Assembly (NCBI RefSeq): GCF_009914755.1
Contig: NC_060948.1
Reading direction: 5' to 3' (one strand)
From: the human T2T-CHM13v2.0 reference genome, Homo sapiens
Length of the DNA: 64,000 bases
The position numbers and the translations under genes are program-made. The notes below the pieces were generated by a model, which made no database searches, was not told where the DNA came from, and saw only the letters and a list, made by a program, of their open reading frames with translations. Of the stretch, positions 17,021-36,367 are shown one piece after another (position 1 is the stretch's first letter; the number at the start of each line of letters is the position of its first letter).

Positions 17021-19123
17021 AGATCCATATTTTTTAAATGAAAAAAAATTTCAAAGGTACTCTGCTTGGTACAATAATCAAATGTATAAACTGAGGAATA
17101 AAACATAACCATGAAACCTACTTATAACTGCATATGGAAAATACAGAGGATAATTTTTTAAATAACATATTTTGAAAGCCTTAACTAGTAATTTGAAGAG
17201 TTGGCATTTGAAAGGCCAGTATGAATATACCTTCAAAGCAGCAACACAGGTTAACCATGAGAAAAAGCAAACACAGGGAAAATAAAAACACAAAGGTTCA
17301 ATCTCTTCTGACCTTTGAAAGACACAGCACAGACAGTGGTCCTTAGGACGAAGAGCAGGAGACCCCTAATTCCGTCACCATGGCGATAGGGCATAAACAT
17401 TGCTGGGTGAGGGCACAATCCACATTGTGAGGTCCAACTGCTGCCAGGAAGACAGGAGTGCTTTTACATAGACCGAAAGGTCATTGAAGGCTCAGAGTTT
17501 TGTTTCAAGAACTGAATCCCAAGCCCACACGTTATTAGGCTGCGCTTCTTAAAACAAGTGATGAGATGGGAAAAAGGGCACCCACAAACATACGTATACA
17601 TTATGTATATAATAATATACAGTATCATATATATAATATATATAACCTATGTATAATATTGTTTTACATCCTGCATCTTATGTTATATATATTGTATAAA
17701 ATATAATAATTGATAATATATAAGTTTTATAATTATACAATATGACATATAGTATATATTATAATTTATGACATATATAATATATGTTATATATCATATA
17801 TAGAATATAGTATACGGTTAATATACGTATTAAATATAAATTATACATTATATATATTATATATAATATATCTGTTATATATAATACCCATTATGCATAA
17901 TATATATATTATGTCTATGTTATATATAGTATAAAACAACATATAATAATATATAATTGTATATATAAAATGCGACATATAATATATATTATATTTTATA
18001 ACATATGTAATATATATTATATATTATATATAATACGTTGTATGTATAATACCTATATTAAATATATATTATATGACTATGTTATTAATTACATGTCACA
18101 TGTGTTATATATTATATATTTTACATAGAATATACCGGTTACATACAATATATACTATGTTACCTATAATGTATAATTTATTACATGTAAAATAAAGAAT
18201 GCAATATATTATGTATAATTTATAATATACAATATGTGGAATGTGATATATATAACATATAATATATGATATATGATATACAGTATATGATATATAACAT
18301 ACAATATATGATTCCTAATATATATGGTATACAATATATATTTTATGATATGTATTCTATATGTTTTATATTCTGTTCTATATAACTATTTGAAATTATA
18401 TATAACTGTATAATATTTTATGTAAATATGTAATATAATATATATAACTATATAATATATTATATATAACTATATATTATGTTATGTATACTTTTATAAC
18501 ATAATTTACAAAAAATATCATAATATAATATATATTATATTATTTCATATTACATAATATATATTACATATCACCCAATATAACTAACATACATAATATT
18601 ATAATATAGATTATATTATGTTATATTAAATATCATATATATCATGTATCATATATTCTATAATATATATTACACATTATATAATATGTATGCTGTCTAT
18701 TATGTGATATATATAACTATATATAATTATATTTTTATACATATAACTAGATAAACATGTAATTCTACATATTTTCATTTATAATATGTAGAATTATATA
18801 ATCATATATAATTATTTATATTCTATAAAAAATTTTATCATTATATAAATTATAATATATAAAAATTATAATATGTACTACAAATATATATATTATATAT
18901 CATATATGATATAGTACCTTTGTTATATATCATAATACATATAAATGTGTATTATGTTATCTATAATTATATAATTTCATATATAAGGTGTATAATATGT
19001 ATCATATATTATATATGTTATGTAATATATATAGTATATATAAGATGACACAGGATAAATATTATATACTATGACATATAAAATATATGAGGTTATATGT
19101 TACATATAAGGCATAGCACATAA

Positions 19124-19438
<315 letters not shown>

Positions 19439-21541
19439 AGATCCATATTTTTTAAATGAAAAAAAATTTCAAAGGTACTCTGCTTGGTACAATAATCAAA
19501 TGTATAAACTGAGGAATAAAACATAACCATGAAACCTACTTATAACTGCATATGGAAAATACAGAGGATAATTTTTTAAATAACATATTTTGAAAGCCTT
19601 AACTAGTAATTTGAAGAGTTGGCATTTGAAAGGCCAGTATGAATATACCTTCAAAGCAGCAACACAGGTTCCCCATGAGAAAAAGCAAACACAGGGAAAA
19701 TAAAAACACAAAGGTTCAATCTCTTCTGACCTTTGAAAGACACAGCACAGACAGTGGTCCTTAGGACGAAGAGCAGGAGACCCCTAATTCCGTCACCATG
19801 GCGATAGGGCATAAACATTGCTGGGTGAGGGCACAATCCACATTGTGAGGTCCAGCTGCTGCCAGGAAGACAGGAGTGCTTTTACATAGACCGAAAGGTC
19901 ATTGAAGGCTCAGAGTTTTGTTTCAAGAACTGAATCCCAAGCCCACACGTTATTAGGCTGCGCTTCTTAAAACAAGTGATGAGATGGGAAAAAGGGCACC
20001 CACAAACATACGTATACATTATGTATATAATAATATACAGTATCATATATATAATATATATAACCTATGTATAATATTGTTTTACATCCTGCATCTTATG
20101 TTATATATATTGTATAAAATATAATAATTGATAATATATAAGTTTTATAATTATACAATATGACATATAGTATATATTATAATTTATGACATATATAATA
20201 TATGTTATATATCATATATAGAATATAGTATACGGTTAATATACGTATTAAATATAAATTATACATTATATATATTATATATAATATATCTGTTATATAT
20301 AATACCCATTATGCATAATATATATATTATGTCTATGTTATATATAGTATAAAACAACATATAATAATATATAATTGTATATATAAAATGCGACATATAA
20401 TATATATTATATTTTATAACATATGTAATATATATTATATATTATATATAATACGTTGTATGTATAATACCTATATTAAATATATATTATATGACTATGT
20501 TATTAATTACATGTCACATGTGTTATATATTATATATTTTACATAGAATATACCGGTTACATACAATATATACTATGTTACCTATAATGTATAATTTATT
20601 ACATGTAAAATAAAGAATGCAATATATTATGTATAATTTATAATATACAATATGTGGAATGTGATATATATAACATATAATATATGATATATGATATACA
20701 GTATATGATATATAACATACAATATATGATTCCTAATATATATGGTATACAATATATATTTTATGATATGTATTCTATATGTTTTATATTCTGTTCTATA
20801 TAACTATTTGAAATTATATATAACTGTATAATATTTTATGTAAATATGTAATATAATATATATAACTATATAATATATTATATATAACTATATATTATGT
20901 TATGTATACTTTTATAACATAATTTACAAAAAATATCATAATATAATATATATTATATTATTTCATATTACATAATATATATTACATATCACCCAATATA
21001 ACTAACATACATAATATTATAATATAGATTATATTATGTTATATTAAATATCATATATATCATGTATCATATATTCTATAATATATATTACACATTATAT
21101 AATATGTATGCTGTCTATTATGTGATATATATAACTATATATAATTATATTTTTATACATATAACTAGATAAACATGTAATTCTACATATTTTCATTTAT
21201 AATATGTAGAATTATATAATCATATATAATTATTTATATTCTATAAAAAATTTTATCATTATATAAATTATAATATATAAAAATTATAATATGTACTACA
21301 AATATATATATTATATATCATATATGATATAGTACCTTTGTTATATATCATAATACATATAAATGTGTATTATGTTATCTATAATTATATAATTTCATAT
21401 ATAAGGTGTATAATATGTATCATATATTATATATGTTATGTAATATATATAGTATATATAAGATGACACAGGATAAATATTATATACTATGACATATAAA
21501 ATATATGAGGTTATATGTTACATATAAGGCATAGCACATAA

Positions 21542-21856
<315 letters not shown>

Positions 21857-23959
21857 AGATCCATATTTTTTAAATGAAAAAAAATTTCAAAGGTACTCTG
21901 CTTGGTACAATAATCAAATGTATAAACTGAGGAATAAAACATAACCATGAAACCTACTTATAACTGCATATGGAAAATACAGAGGATAATTTTTTAAATA
22001 ACATATTTTGAAAGCCTTAACTAGTAATTTGAAGAGTTGGCATTTGAAAGGCCAGTATGAATATACCTTCAAAGCAGCAACACAGGTTCCCCATGAGAAA
22101 AAGCAAACACAGGGAAAATAAAAACACAAAGGTTCAATCTCTTCTGACCTTTGAAAGACACAGCACAGACAGTGGTCCTTAGGACGAAGAGCAGGAGACC
22201 CCTAATTCCGTCACCATGGCGATAGGGCATAAACATTGCTGGGTGAGGGCACAATCCACATTGTGAGGTCCAGCTGCTGCCAGGAAGACAGGAGTGCTTT
22301 TACATAGACCGAAAGGTCATTGAAGGCTCAGAGTTTTGTTTCAAGAACTGAATCCCAAGCCCACACGTTATTAGGCTGCGCTTCTTAAAACAAGTGATGA
22401 GATGGGAAAAAGGGCACCCACAAACATACGTATACATTATGTATATAATAATATACAGTATCATATATATAATATATATAACCTATGTATAATATTGTTT
22501 TACATCCTGCATCTTATGTTATATATATTGTATAAAATATAATAATTGATAATATATAAGTTTTATAATTATACAATATGACATATAGTATATATTATAA
22601 TTTATGACATATATAATATATGTTATATATCATATATAGAATATATTATACGGTTAATATACGTATTAAATGTAAATTATACCTTATATATATTATATAT
22701 AATATAACTGTTATATATAATACCCATTATGCATAATATATATATTATGTCTATGTTATATATAGTATAAAACAACATATAATAATATATAATTGTATAT
22801 ATAAAATGCGACATATAATATATATTATATTTTATAACATATGTAATATATATTATATATTATATATAATACGTTGTATGTATAATACCTATATTAAATA
22901 TATATTATATGACTATGTTATTAATTACATGTCACATGTGTTATATATTATATATTTTACATAGAATATACCGGTTACATACAATATATACTATGTTACC
23001 TATAATGTATAATTTATTACATGTAAAATAAAGAATGCAATATATTATGTATAATTTATAATATACAATATGTGGAATGTGATATATGTAACATATAATA
23101 TATGATATATGATATACAGTATATGATATATAACATACAATATATGATTCCTAATATATATGGTATACAATATATATTTTATGATATGTATTCTATATGT
23201 TTTATATTCTGTTATATATAACTATTTGAAATTATATATAACTGTATAATATTTTATGTAAATATGTAATATAATATATATAACTATATAATATATTATA
23301 TATAACTATATATTATGTTATGTATACTTTTATAACATAATTTACATAAAATATCATAATATAATATATATTATATTATTTCATATTACATAAGATATAT
23401 TACATATCACCCAATATAACTAACATACATAATATTATAATATAGATTATATTATGTTATATTAAATATCATATATATCATGTATCATATATTCTATAAT
23501 ATATATTACACATTATATAATATGTATGCTGTCTATTATGTGATATATATAACTATATATAATTATATTTTTATACATATAACTAGATAAACATGTAATT
23601 CTACATATTTTCATTTATAATATGTAGAATTATATAATCATATATAATTATTTATATTCTATAAAAAATTTTATCATTATATAAATTATAATATATAAAA
23701 ATTATAATATGTACTACAAATATATATATTATATATCATATATGATATAGTACCTTTGTTATATATCATAATACATATAAATGTGTATTATGTTATCTAT
23801 AATTATATAATTTCATATATAAGGTGTATAATATGTATCATATATTATATATGTTATGTAATATATATAGTATATATAAGATGACACAGGATAAATATTA
23901 TATACTATGACATATAAAATATATGAGGTTATATGTTACATATAAGGCATAGCACATAA

Positions 23960-24274
<315 letters not shown>

Positions 24275-26377
24275 AGATCCATATTTTTTAAATGAAAAAA
24301 AATTTCAAAGGTACTCTGCTTGGTACAATAATCAAATGTATAAACTGAGGAATAAAACATAACCATGAAACCTACTTATAACTGCATATGGAAAATACAG
24401 AGGATAATTTTTTAAATAACATATTTTGAAAGCCTTAACTAGTAATTTGAAGAGTTGGCATTTGAAAGGCCAGTATGAATATACCTTCAAAGCAGCAACA
24501 CAGGTTCCCCATGAGAAAAAGCAAACACAGGGAAAATAAAAACACAAAGGTTCAATCTCTTCTGACCTTTGAAAGACACAGCACAGACAGTGGTCCTTAG
24601 GACGAAGAGCAGGAGACCCCTAATTCCGTCACCATGGCGATAGGGCATAAACATTGCTGGGTGAGGGCACAATCCACATTGTGAGGTCCAACTGCTGCCA
24701 GGAAGACAGGAGTGCTTTTACATAGACCGAAAGGTCATTGAAGGCTCAGAGTTTTGTTTCAAGAACTGAATCCCAAGCCCACACGTTATTAGGCTGCGCT
24801 TCTTAAAACAAGTGATGAGATGGGAAAAAGGGCACCCACAAACATACGTATACATTATGTATATAATAATATACAGTATCATATATATAATATATATAAC
24901 CTATGTATAATATTGTTTTACATCCTGCATCTTATGTTATATATATTGTATAAAATATAATAATTGATAATATATAAGTTTTATAATTATACAATATGAC
25001 ATATAGTATATATTATAATTTATGACATATATAATATATGTTATATATCATATATAGAATATATTATACGGTTAATATACGTATTAAATGTAAATTATAC
25101 CTTATATATATTATATATAATATAACTGTTATATATAATACCCATTATGCATAATATATATATTATGTCTATGTTATATATAGTATAAAACAACATATAA
25201 TAATATATAATTGTATATATAAAATGCGACATATAATATATATTATATTTTATAACATATGTAATATATATTATATATTATATATAATACGTTGTATGTA
25301 TAATACCTATATTAAATATATATTATATGACTATGTTATTAATTACATGTCACATGTGTTATATATTATATATTTTACATAGAATATACCGGTTACATAC
25401 AATATATACTATGTTACCTATAATGTATAATTTATTACATGTAAAATAAAGAATGCAATATATTATGTATAATTTATAATATACAATATGTGGAATGTGA
25501 TATATGTAACATATAATATATGATATATGATATACAGTATATGATATATAACATACAATATATGATTCCTAATATATATGGTATACAATATATATTTTAT
25601 GATATGTATTCTATATATTTTATATTCTGTTATATATAACTATTTGAAATTATATATAACTGTATAATATTTTATGTAAATATGTAATATAATATATATA
25701 ACTATATAATATATTATATATAACTATATATTATGTTATGTATACTTTTATAACATAATTTACAAAAAATATCATAATATAATATATATTATATTATTTC
25801 ATATTACATAATATATATTACATATCACCCAATATAACTAACATACATAATATTATAATATAGATTATATTATGTTATATTAAATATCATATATATCATG
25901 TATCATATATTCTATAATATATATTACACATTATATAATATGTATGCTGTCTATTATGTGATATATATAACTATATATAATTATATTTTTATACATATAA
26001 CTAGATAAACATGTAATTCTACATATTTTCATTTATAATATGTAGAATTATATAATCATATATAATTATTTATATTCTATAAAAAATTTTATCATTATAT
26101 AAATTATAATATATAAAAATTATAATATGTACTACAAATATATATATTATATATCATATATGATATAGTACCTTTGTTATATATCATAATACATATAAAT
26201 GTGTATTATGTTATCTATAATTATATAATTTCATATATAAGGTGTATAATATGTATCATATATTATATATGTTATGTAATATATATAGTATATATAAGAT
26301 GACACAGGATAAATATTATATACTATGACATATAAAATATATGAGGTTATATGTTACATATAAGGCATAGCACATAA

Positions 26378-26692
<315 letters not shown>

Positions 26693-28795
26693 AGATCCAT
26701 ATTTTTTAAATGAAAAAAAATTTCAAAGGTACTCTGCTTGGTACAATAATCAAATGTATAAACTGAGGAATAAAACATAACCATGAAACCTACTTATAAC
26801 TGCATATGGAAAATACAGAGGATAATTTTTTAAATAACATATTTTGAAAGCCTTAACTAGTAATTTGAAGAGTTGGCATTTGAAAGGCCAGTATGAATAT
26901 ACCTTCAAAGCAGCAACACAGGTTCCCCATGAGAAAAAGCAAACACAGGGAAAATAAAAACACAAAGGTTCAATCTCTTCTGACCTTTGAAAGACACAGC
27001 ACAGACAGTGGTCCTTAGGACGAAGAGCAGGAGACCCCTAATTCCGTCACCATGGCGATAGGGCATAAACATTGCTGGGTGAGGGCACAATCCACATTGT
27101 GAGGTCCAACTGCTGCCAGGAAGACAGGAGTGCTTTTACATAGACCGAAAGGTCATTGAAGGCTCAGAGTTTTGTTTCAAGAACTGAATCCCAAGCCCAC
27201 ACGTTATTAGGCTGCGCTTCTTAAAACAAGTTATGAGATGGGAAAAAGGGCACCCACAAACATACGTATACATTATGTATATAATAATATACAGTATCAT
27301 ATATATAATATATATAACCTATGTATAATATTGTTTTACATCCTGCATCTTATGTTATATATATTGTATAAAATATAATAATTGATAATATATAAGTTTT
27401 ATAATTATACAATATGACATATAGTATATATTATAATTTATGACATATATAATATATGTTATATATCATATATAGAGTATAGTATACGGTTAATATACGT
27501 ATTAAATATAAATTATACATTATATATATTATATATAATATATCTGTTATATATAATACCCATTATGCATAATATATATATTATGTCTATGTTATATATA
27601 GTATAAAACAACATATAATAATATATAATTGTATATATAAAATGCGACATATAATATATATTATATTTTATAACATATGTAATATATATTATATATTATC
27701 TATAATACGTTGTATGTATAATACCTATATTAAATATATATTATATGACTATGTTATTAATTACATGTCACATGTGTTATATATTATATATTTTAAATAG
27801 AATATACCGGTTACATACAATATATACTATGTTACCTATAATGTATAATTTATTACATGTAAAATAAGGAATGCGATATATTATGTATAATTTATAATAT
27901 ACAATATGTGGAATGTGATATATATAACATATAATATATGATATATGATATACAGTATATGATATATAACATACAATATATGATTCCTAATATATATGGT
28001 ATACAATATATATTTTATGATATGTATTCTATATGTTTTATATTCTGTTATATATAACTATTTGAAATTATATATAACTGTATAATATTTTATGTAAATA
28101 TGTAATATAATATATATAACTATATAATATATTATATGTAACTATATATTATGTTATGTATACTTTTATAACATAATTTACAAAAAATATCATAATATAA
28201 TATATATTATATTATTTCATATTACATAATATATATTACATATCACCCAATATAACTAACATACATAATATTATAATATAGATTATATTATGTTATATTA
28301 AATATCATATATATCATGTATCATATATTCTATAATATATATTACACATTATATAATATGTATGCTGTCTATTATGTGATATATATAACTATATATAATT
28401 ATATTTTTATACATATAACTAGATAAACATGTAATTCTACATATTTTCATTTATAATATGTAGAATTATATAATCATATATAATTATTTATATTCTATAA
28501 AAAATTTTATCATTATATAAATTATAATATATAAAAATTATAATATGTACTACAAATATATATATTATATATCATATATGATATAGTACCTTTGTTATAT
28601 ATCATAATACATATAAATGTGTATTATGTTATCTATAATTATATAATTTCATATATAAGGTGTATAATATGTATCATATATTATATATGTTATGTAATAT
28701 ATATAGTATATATAAGATGACACAGGATAAATATTATATACTATGACATATAAAATATATGAGGTTATATGTTACATATAAGGCATAGCACATAA

Positions 28796-29110
<315 letters not shown>

Positions 29111-31214
29111 AGATCCATATTTTTTAAATGAAAAAAAATTTCAAAGGTACTCTGCTTGGTACAATAATCAAATGTATAAACTGAGGAATAAAACATAACC
29201 ATGAAACCTACTTATAACTGCATATGGAAAATACAGAGGATAATTTTTTAAATAACATATTTTGAAAGCCTTAACTAGTAATTTGAAGAGTTGGCATTTG
29301 AAAGGCCAGTATGAATATACCTTCAAAGCAGCAACACAGGTTCCCCATGAGAAAAAGCAAACACAGGGAAAATAAAAACACAAAGGTTCAATCTCTTCTG
29401 ACCTTTGAAAGACACAGCACAGACAGTGGTCCTTAGGACGAAGAGCAGGAGACCCCTAATTCCGTCACCATGGCGATAGGGCATAAACATTGCTGGGTGA
29501 GGGCACAATCCACATTGTGAGGTCCAACTGCTGCCAGGAAGACAGGAGTGCTTTTACATAGACCGAAAGGTCATTGAAGGCTCAGAGTTTTGTTTCAAGA
29601 ACTGAATCCCAAGCCCACACGTTATTAGGCTGCGCTTCTTAAAACAAGTTATGAGATGGGAAAAAGGGCACCCACAAACATACGTATACATTATGTATAT
29701 AATAATATACAGTATCATATATATAATATATATAACCTATGTATAATATTGTTTTACATCCTGCATCTTATGTTATATATATTGTATAAAATATAATAAT
29801 TGATAATATATAAGTTTTATAATTATACAATATGACATATAGTATATATTATAATTTATGACATATATAATATATGTTATATATCATATATAGAGTATAT
29901 TATACGGTTAATATACGTATTAAATATAAATTATACATTATATATATTATATATAATATATCTGTTATATATAATACCCATTATGCATAATATATATATT
30001 ATGTCTATGTTATATATAGTATAAAACAACATATAATAATATATAATTGTATATATAAAATGCGACATATAATATATATTATATTTTATAACATATGTAA
30101 TATATATTATATATTATCTATAATACGTTGTATGTATAATACCTATATTAAATATATATTATATGACTATGTTATTAATTACATGTCACATGTGTTATAT
30201 ATTATATATTTTAAATAGAATATACCGGTTACATACAATATATACTATGTTACCTATAATGTATAATTTATTACATGTAAAATAAGGAATGCAATATATT
30301 ATGTATAATTTATAATATACAATATGTGGAATGTGATATATATAACATATAATATATGATATATGATATACAGTATATGATATATAACATACAATATATG
30401 ATTCCTAATATATATGGTATACAATATATATTTTATGATATGTATTCTATATGTTTTATATTCTGTTATATATAACTATTTGAAATTATATATAACTGTA
30501 TAATATTTTATGTAATATGTAATATAATATATATAACTATATAATATATTATATATAACTATATATTATGTTATATATACTTTTATAACATAATTTACAT
30601 AAAATATCATAATATAATATATATTATATTATTTCATATTACATAATATATATTACATATCACCCAATATAACTAACGTACATAATATTATAATATAGAT
30701 TATATTATGTTATATTAAATATCATATATATCATGTATCATATATTCTATAGTATATATTACACATTATATAATATGTATGTTGTCTATTATGTGATATA
30801 TATAACTATATATATAATTATATTTTTATACATATAACTAGATAAACATGTAATTCTACATATTTTCATTTATAATATGTAGAATTATATAATCATATAT
30901 AATTATTTATATTCTATAAAAAATTTTATCATTATATGAATTATAATATATAAAAATTATAATATGTACTACAAATATATATATTATATATCATATATGA
31001 TATAGTACCTTTGTTATATATCATAATACATATAAATGTGTATTATGTTATCTATAATTATATAATTTCATATATAAGATGTATAATATGTATCATATAT
31101 TATATATGTTATGTAATATATATAGTATATATAAGATGACACAGGATAAATATTATATACTATGACATATAAAATATATGAGGTTATATGTTACATATAA
31201 TGCATAGCACATAA

Positions 31215-31529
<315 letters not shown>

Positions 31530-33634
31530 AGATCCGTATTTTTTAAATGAAAAAAAATTTCAAAAGTACTCTGCTTGGTACAATAATCAAATGTATAAAC
31601 TGAGGAATAAAACATAACCATGAAACCTACTTATAACTGCATATGGAAAATACAGAGGATAATTTTTTAAATAACATATTTTGAAAGCCTTAACTAGTAA
31701 TTTGAAGAGTTGGCATTTGAAAGGCCAGTATGAATATACCTTCAAAGCAGCAACACAGGTTCCCCATGAGAAAAAGCAAACTCAGGGAAAATAAAACCAC
31801 AAAGGTTCAATCTCTTCTGACCTTTGAAAGACACAGCACAGACAGTGGTCCTTAGGACGAAGAGCAGGAGACCCCTAATTCCGTCACCATGGCGATAGGG
31901 CATAAACATTGCTGGGTGAGGGCACAATCCACATTGTGAGGTCCAACTGCTGCCAGGAAGACAGGAGTGCTTTTACATAGACCGAAAGGTCATTGAAGGC
32001 TCAGAGTTTTGTTTCAAGAACTGAATCCCAAGCCCACACGTTATTAGGCTGCGCTTCTTAAAACAAGTTATGAGATGGGAAAAAGGGCACCCACAAACAT
32101 ACGTATACATTATGTATATAATAATATACAGTATCATATATATAATATATATAACCTATGTATAATATTGTTTTACATCCTGCATCTTATGTTATATATA
32201 TTGTATAAAATATAATAATTGATAATATATAAGTTTTATAATTATACAATATGACATATAGTATATATTATAATTTATGACATATATAATATATGTTATA
32301 TATCATATATAGAATATATTATACGGTTAATATACGTATTAAATATAAATTATACATTATATATATTATATATAATATATCTGTTATATATAATACCCAT
32401 TATGCATAATATATATATTATGTCTATGTTATATATAGTATAAAACAACATATAATAATATATAATTGTATATATAAAATGCGACATATAATATATATTA
32501 TATTTTATAACATATGTAATATATATTATATATTATATATAATACGTTGTATGTATAATACCTATATTAAATATATATTATATGACTATGTTATTAATTA
32601 CATGTCACATGTGTTATATATTATATATTTTACATAGAATATACCGGTTAGATACAATATATACTATGTTACCTATAATGTATAATTTATTACATGTAAA
32701 ATAAAGAATGCAATATATTATGTATAATTTATAATATACAATATGTGGAATGTGATATATATAACATATAATATATGATATATGATATACAGTATATGAT
32801 ATATAACATACAATATATGATTCCTAATATATATGGTATACAATATATATTTTATGATATGTATTCTATATGTTTTATATTCTGTTATATATAACTATTT
32901 GAAATTATATATAACTGTATAATATTTTATGTAAATATGTAATATAATATATATAACTATATAATATATTATATATAACTATATATTATGTTATATATAC
33001 TTTTATAACATAATTTACATAAAATATCATAATATAATATATATTATATTATTTCATATTACATAATATATATTACATATCACCCAATATAACTAACATA
33101 CATAATATTATAATATAGATTATATTATGTTATATTAAATATCATATATATCATGTATCATATATTCTATAATATATATTACACTTTATATATTATGTAT
33201 GTTGTCTATTATGTGATATATATAACTATATATATAATTATATTTTTATACATATAACTAGATAACCATGTAATTCTACATATTTTCATTTATAATATGT
33301 AGAATTATATAATCATATATAATTATTTATATTCTATAAAAAATTTTATCATTATATAAATTATAATATATAAAAATTATAATATGTACTACAAATATAT
33401 ATATTATATATCATATATGATATAGTACCTTTGTTATATATCATAATACATATAAATGTGTATTATGTTATCTATAATTATATAATTTCATATATAAGGT
33501 GTATAATATGTATCATATATTATATATGTTATGTAATATATATAGTATATATAAGATGACACAGGATAAATATTATATACTATGACATATAAAATATATG
33601 AGGTTATATGTTACATATAAGGCATAGCACATAA

Positions 33635-33949
<315 letters not shown>

Positions 33950-36052
33950 AGATCCATATTTTTTAAATGAAAAAAAATTTCAAAGGTACTCTGCTTGGTA
34001 CAATAATCAAATGTATAAACTGAGGAATAAAACATAACCATGAAACCTACTTATAACTGCATATGGAAAATACAGAGGATAATTTTTTAAATAACATATT
34101 TTGAAAGCCTTAACTAGTAATTTGAAGAGTTGGCATTTGAAAGGCCAGTATGAATATACCTTCAAAGCAGCAACACAGGTTCCCCATGAGAAAAAGCAAA
34201 CACAGGGAAAATAAAAACACAAAGGTTCAATCTCTTCTGACCTTTGAAAGACACAGCACAGACAGTGGTCCTTAGGACGAAGAGCAGGAGACCCCTAATT
34301 CCGTCACCATGGCGATAGGGCATAAACATTGCTGGGTGAGGGCACAATCCACATTGTGAGGTCCAACTGCTGCCAGGAAGACAGGAGTGCTTTTACATAG
34401 ACCGAAAGGTCATTGAAGGCTCAGAGTTTTGTTTCAAGAACTGAATCCCAAGCCCACACGTTATTAGGCTGCGCTTCTTAAAACAAGTTATGAGATGGGA
34501 AAAAGGGCACCCACAAACATACGTATACATTATGTATATAATAATATACAGTATCATATATATAATATATATAACCTATGTATAATATTGTTTTACATCC
34601 TGCATCTTATGTTATATATATTGTATAAAATATAATAATTGATAATATATAAGTTTTATAATTATACAATATGACATATAGTATATATTATAATTTATGA
34701 CATATATAATATATGTTATATATCATATATAGAATATAGTATACGGTTAATATACGTATTAAATATAAATTATACATTATATATATTATATATAATATAT
34801 CTGTTATATATAATACCCATTATGCATAATATATATATTATGTCTATGTTATATATAGTATAAAACAACATATAATAATATATAATTGTATATATAAAAT
34901 GCGACATATAATATATATTATATTTTATAACATATGTAATATATATTATATATTATATATAATACGTTGTATGTATAATACCTATATTAAATATATATTA
35001 TATGACTATGTTATTAATTACATGTCACATGTGTTATATATTATATATTTTACATAGAATATACCGGTTACATACAATATATACTATGTTACCTATAATG
35101 TATAATTTATTACATGTAAAATAAAGAATGCAATATATTATGTATAATTTATAATATACAATATGTGGAATGTGATATATATAACATATAATATATGATA
35201 TATGATATACAGTATATGATATATAACATACAATATATGATTCCTAATATATATGGTATACAATATATATTTTATGATATGTATTCTATATGTTTTATAT
35301 TCTGTTATATATAACTATTTGAAATTATATATAACTGTATAATATTTTATGTAAATATGTAATATAATATATATAACTATATAATATATTATATATAACT
35401 ATATATTATGTTATGTATACTTTTATAACATAATTTACAAAAAATATCATAATATAATATATATTATATTATTTCATATTACATAATATATATTACATAT
35501 CACCCAATATAACTAACATACATAATATTATAATATAGATTATATTATGTTATATTAAATATCATATATATCATGTATCATATATTCTATAATATATATT
35601 ACACATTATATAATATGTATGCTGTCTATTATGTGATATATATAACTATATATAATTATATTTTTATACATATAACTAGATAAACATGTAATTCTACATA
35701 TTTTCATTTATAATATGTAGAATTATATAATCATATATAATTATTTATATTCTATAAAAAATTTTATCATTATATAAATTATAATATATAAAAATTATAA
35801 TATGTACTACAAATATATATATTATATATCATATATGATATAGTACCTTTGTTATATATCATAATACATATAAATGTGTATTATGTTATCTATAATTATA
35901 TAATTTCATATATAAGGTGTATAATATGTATCATATATTATATATGTTATGTAATATATATAGTATATATAAGATGACACAGGATAAATATTATATACTA
36001 TGACATATAAAATATATGAGGTTATATGTTACATATAAGGCATAGCACATAA

Positions 36053-36367
<315 letters not shown>

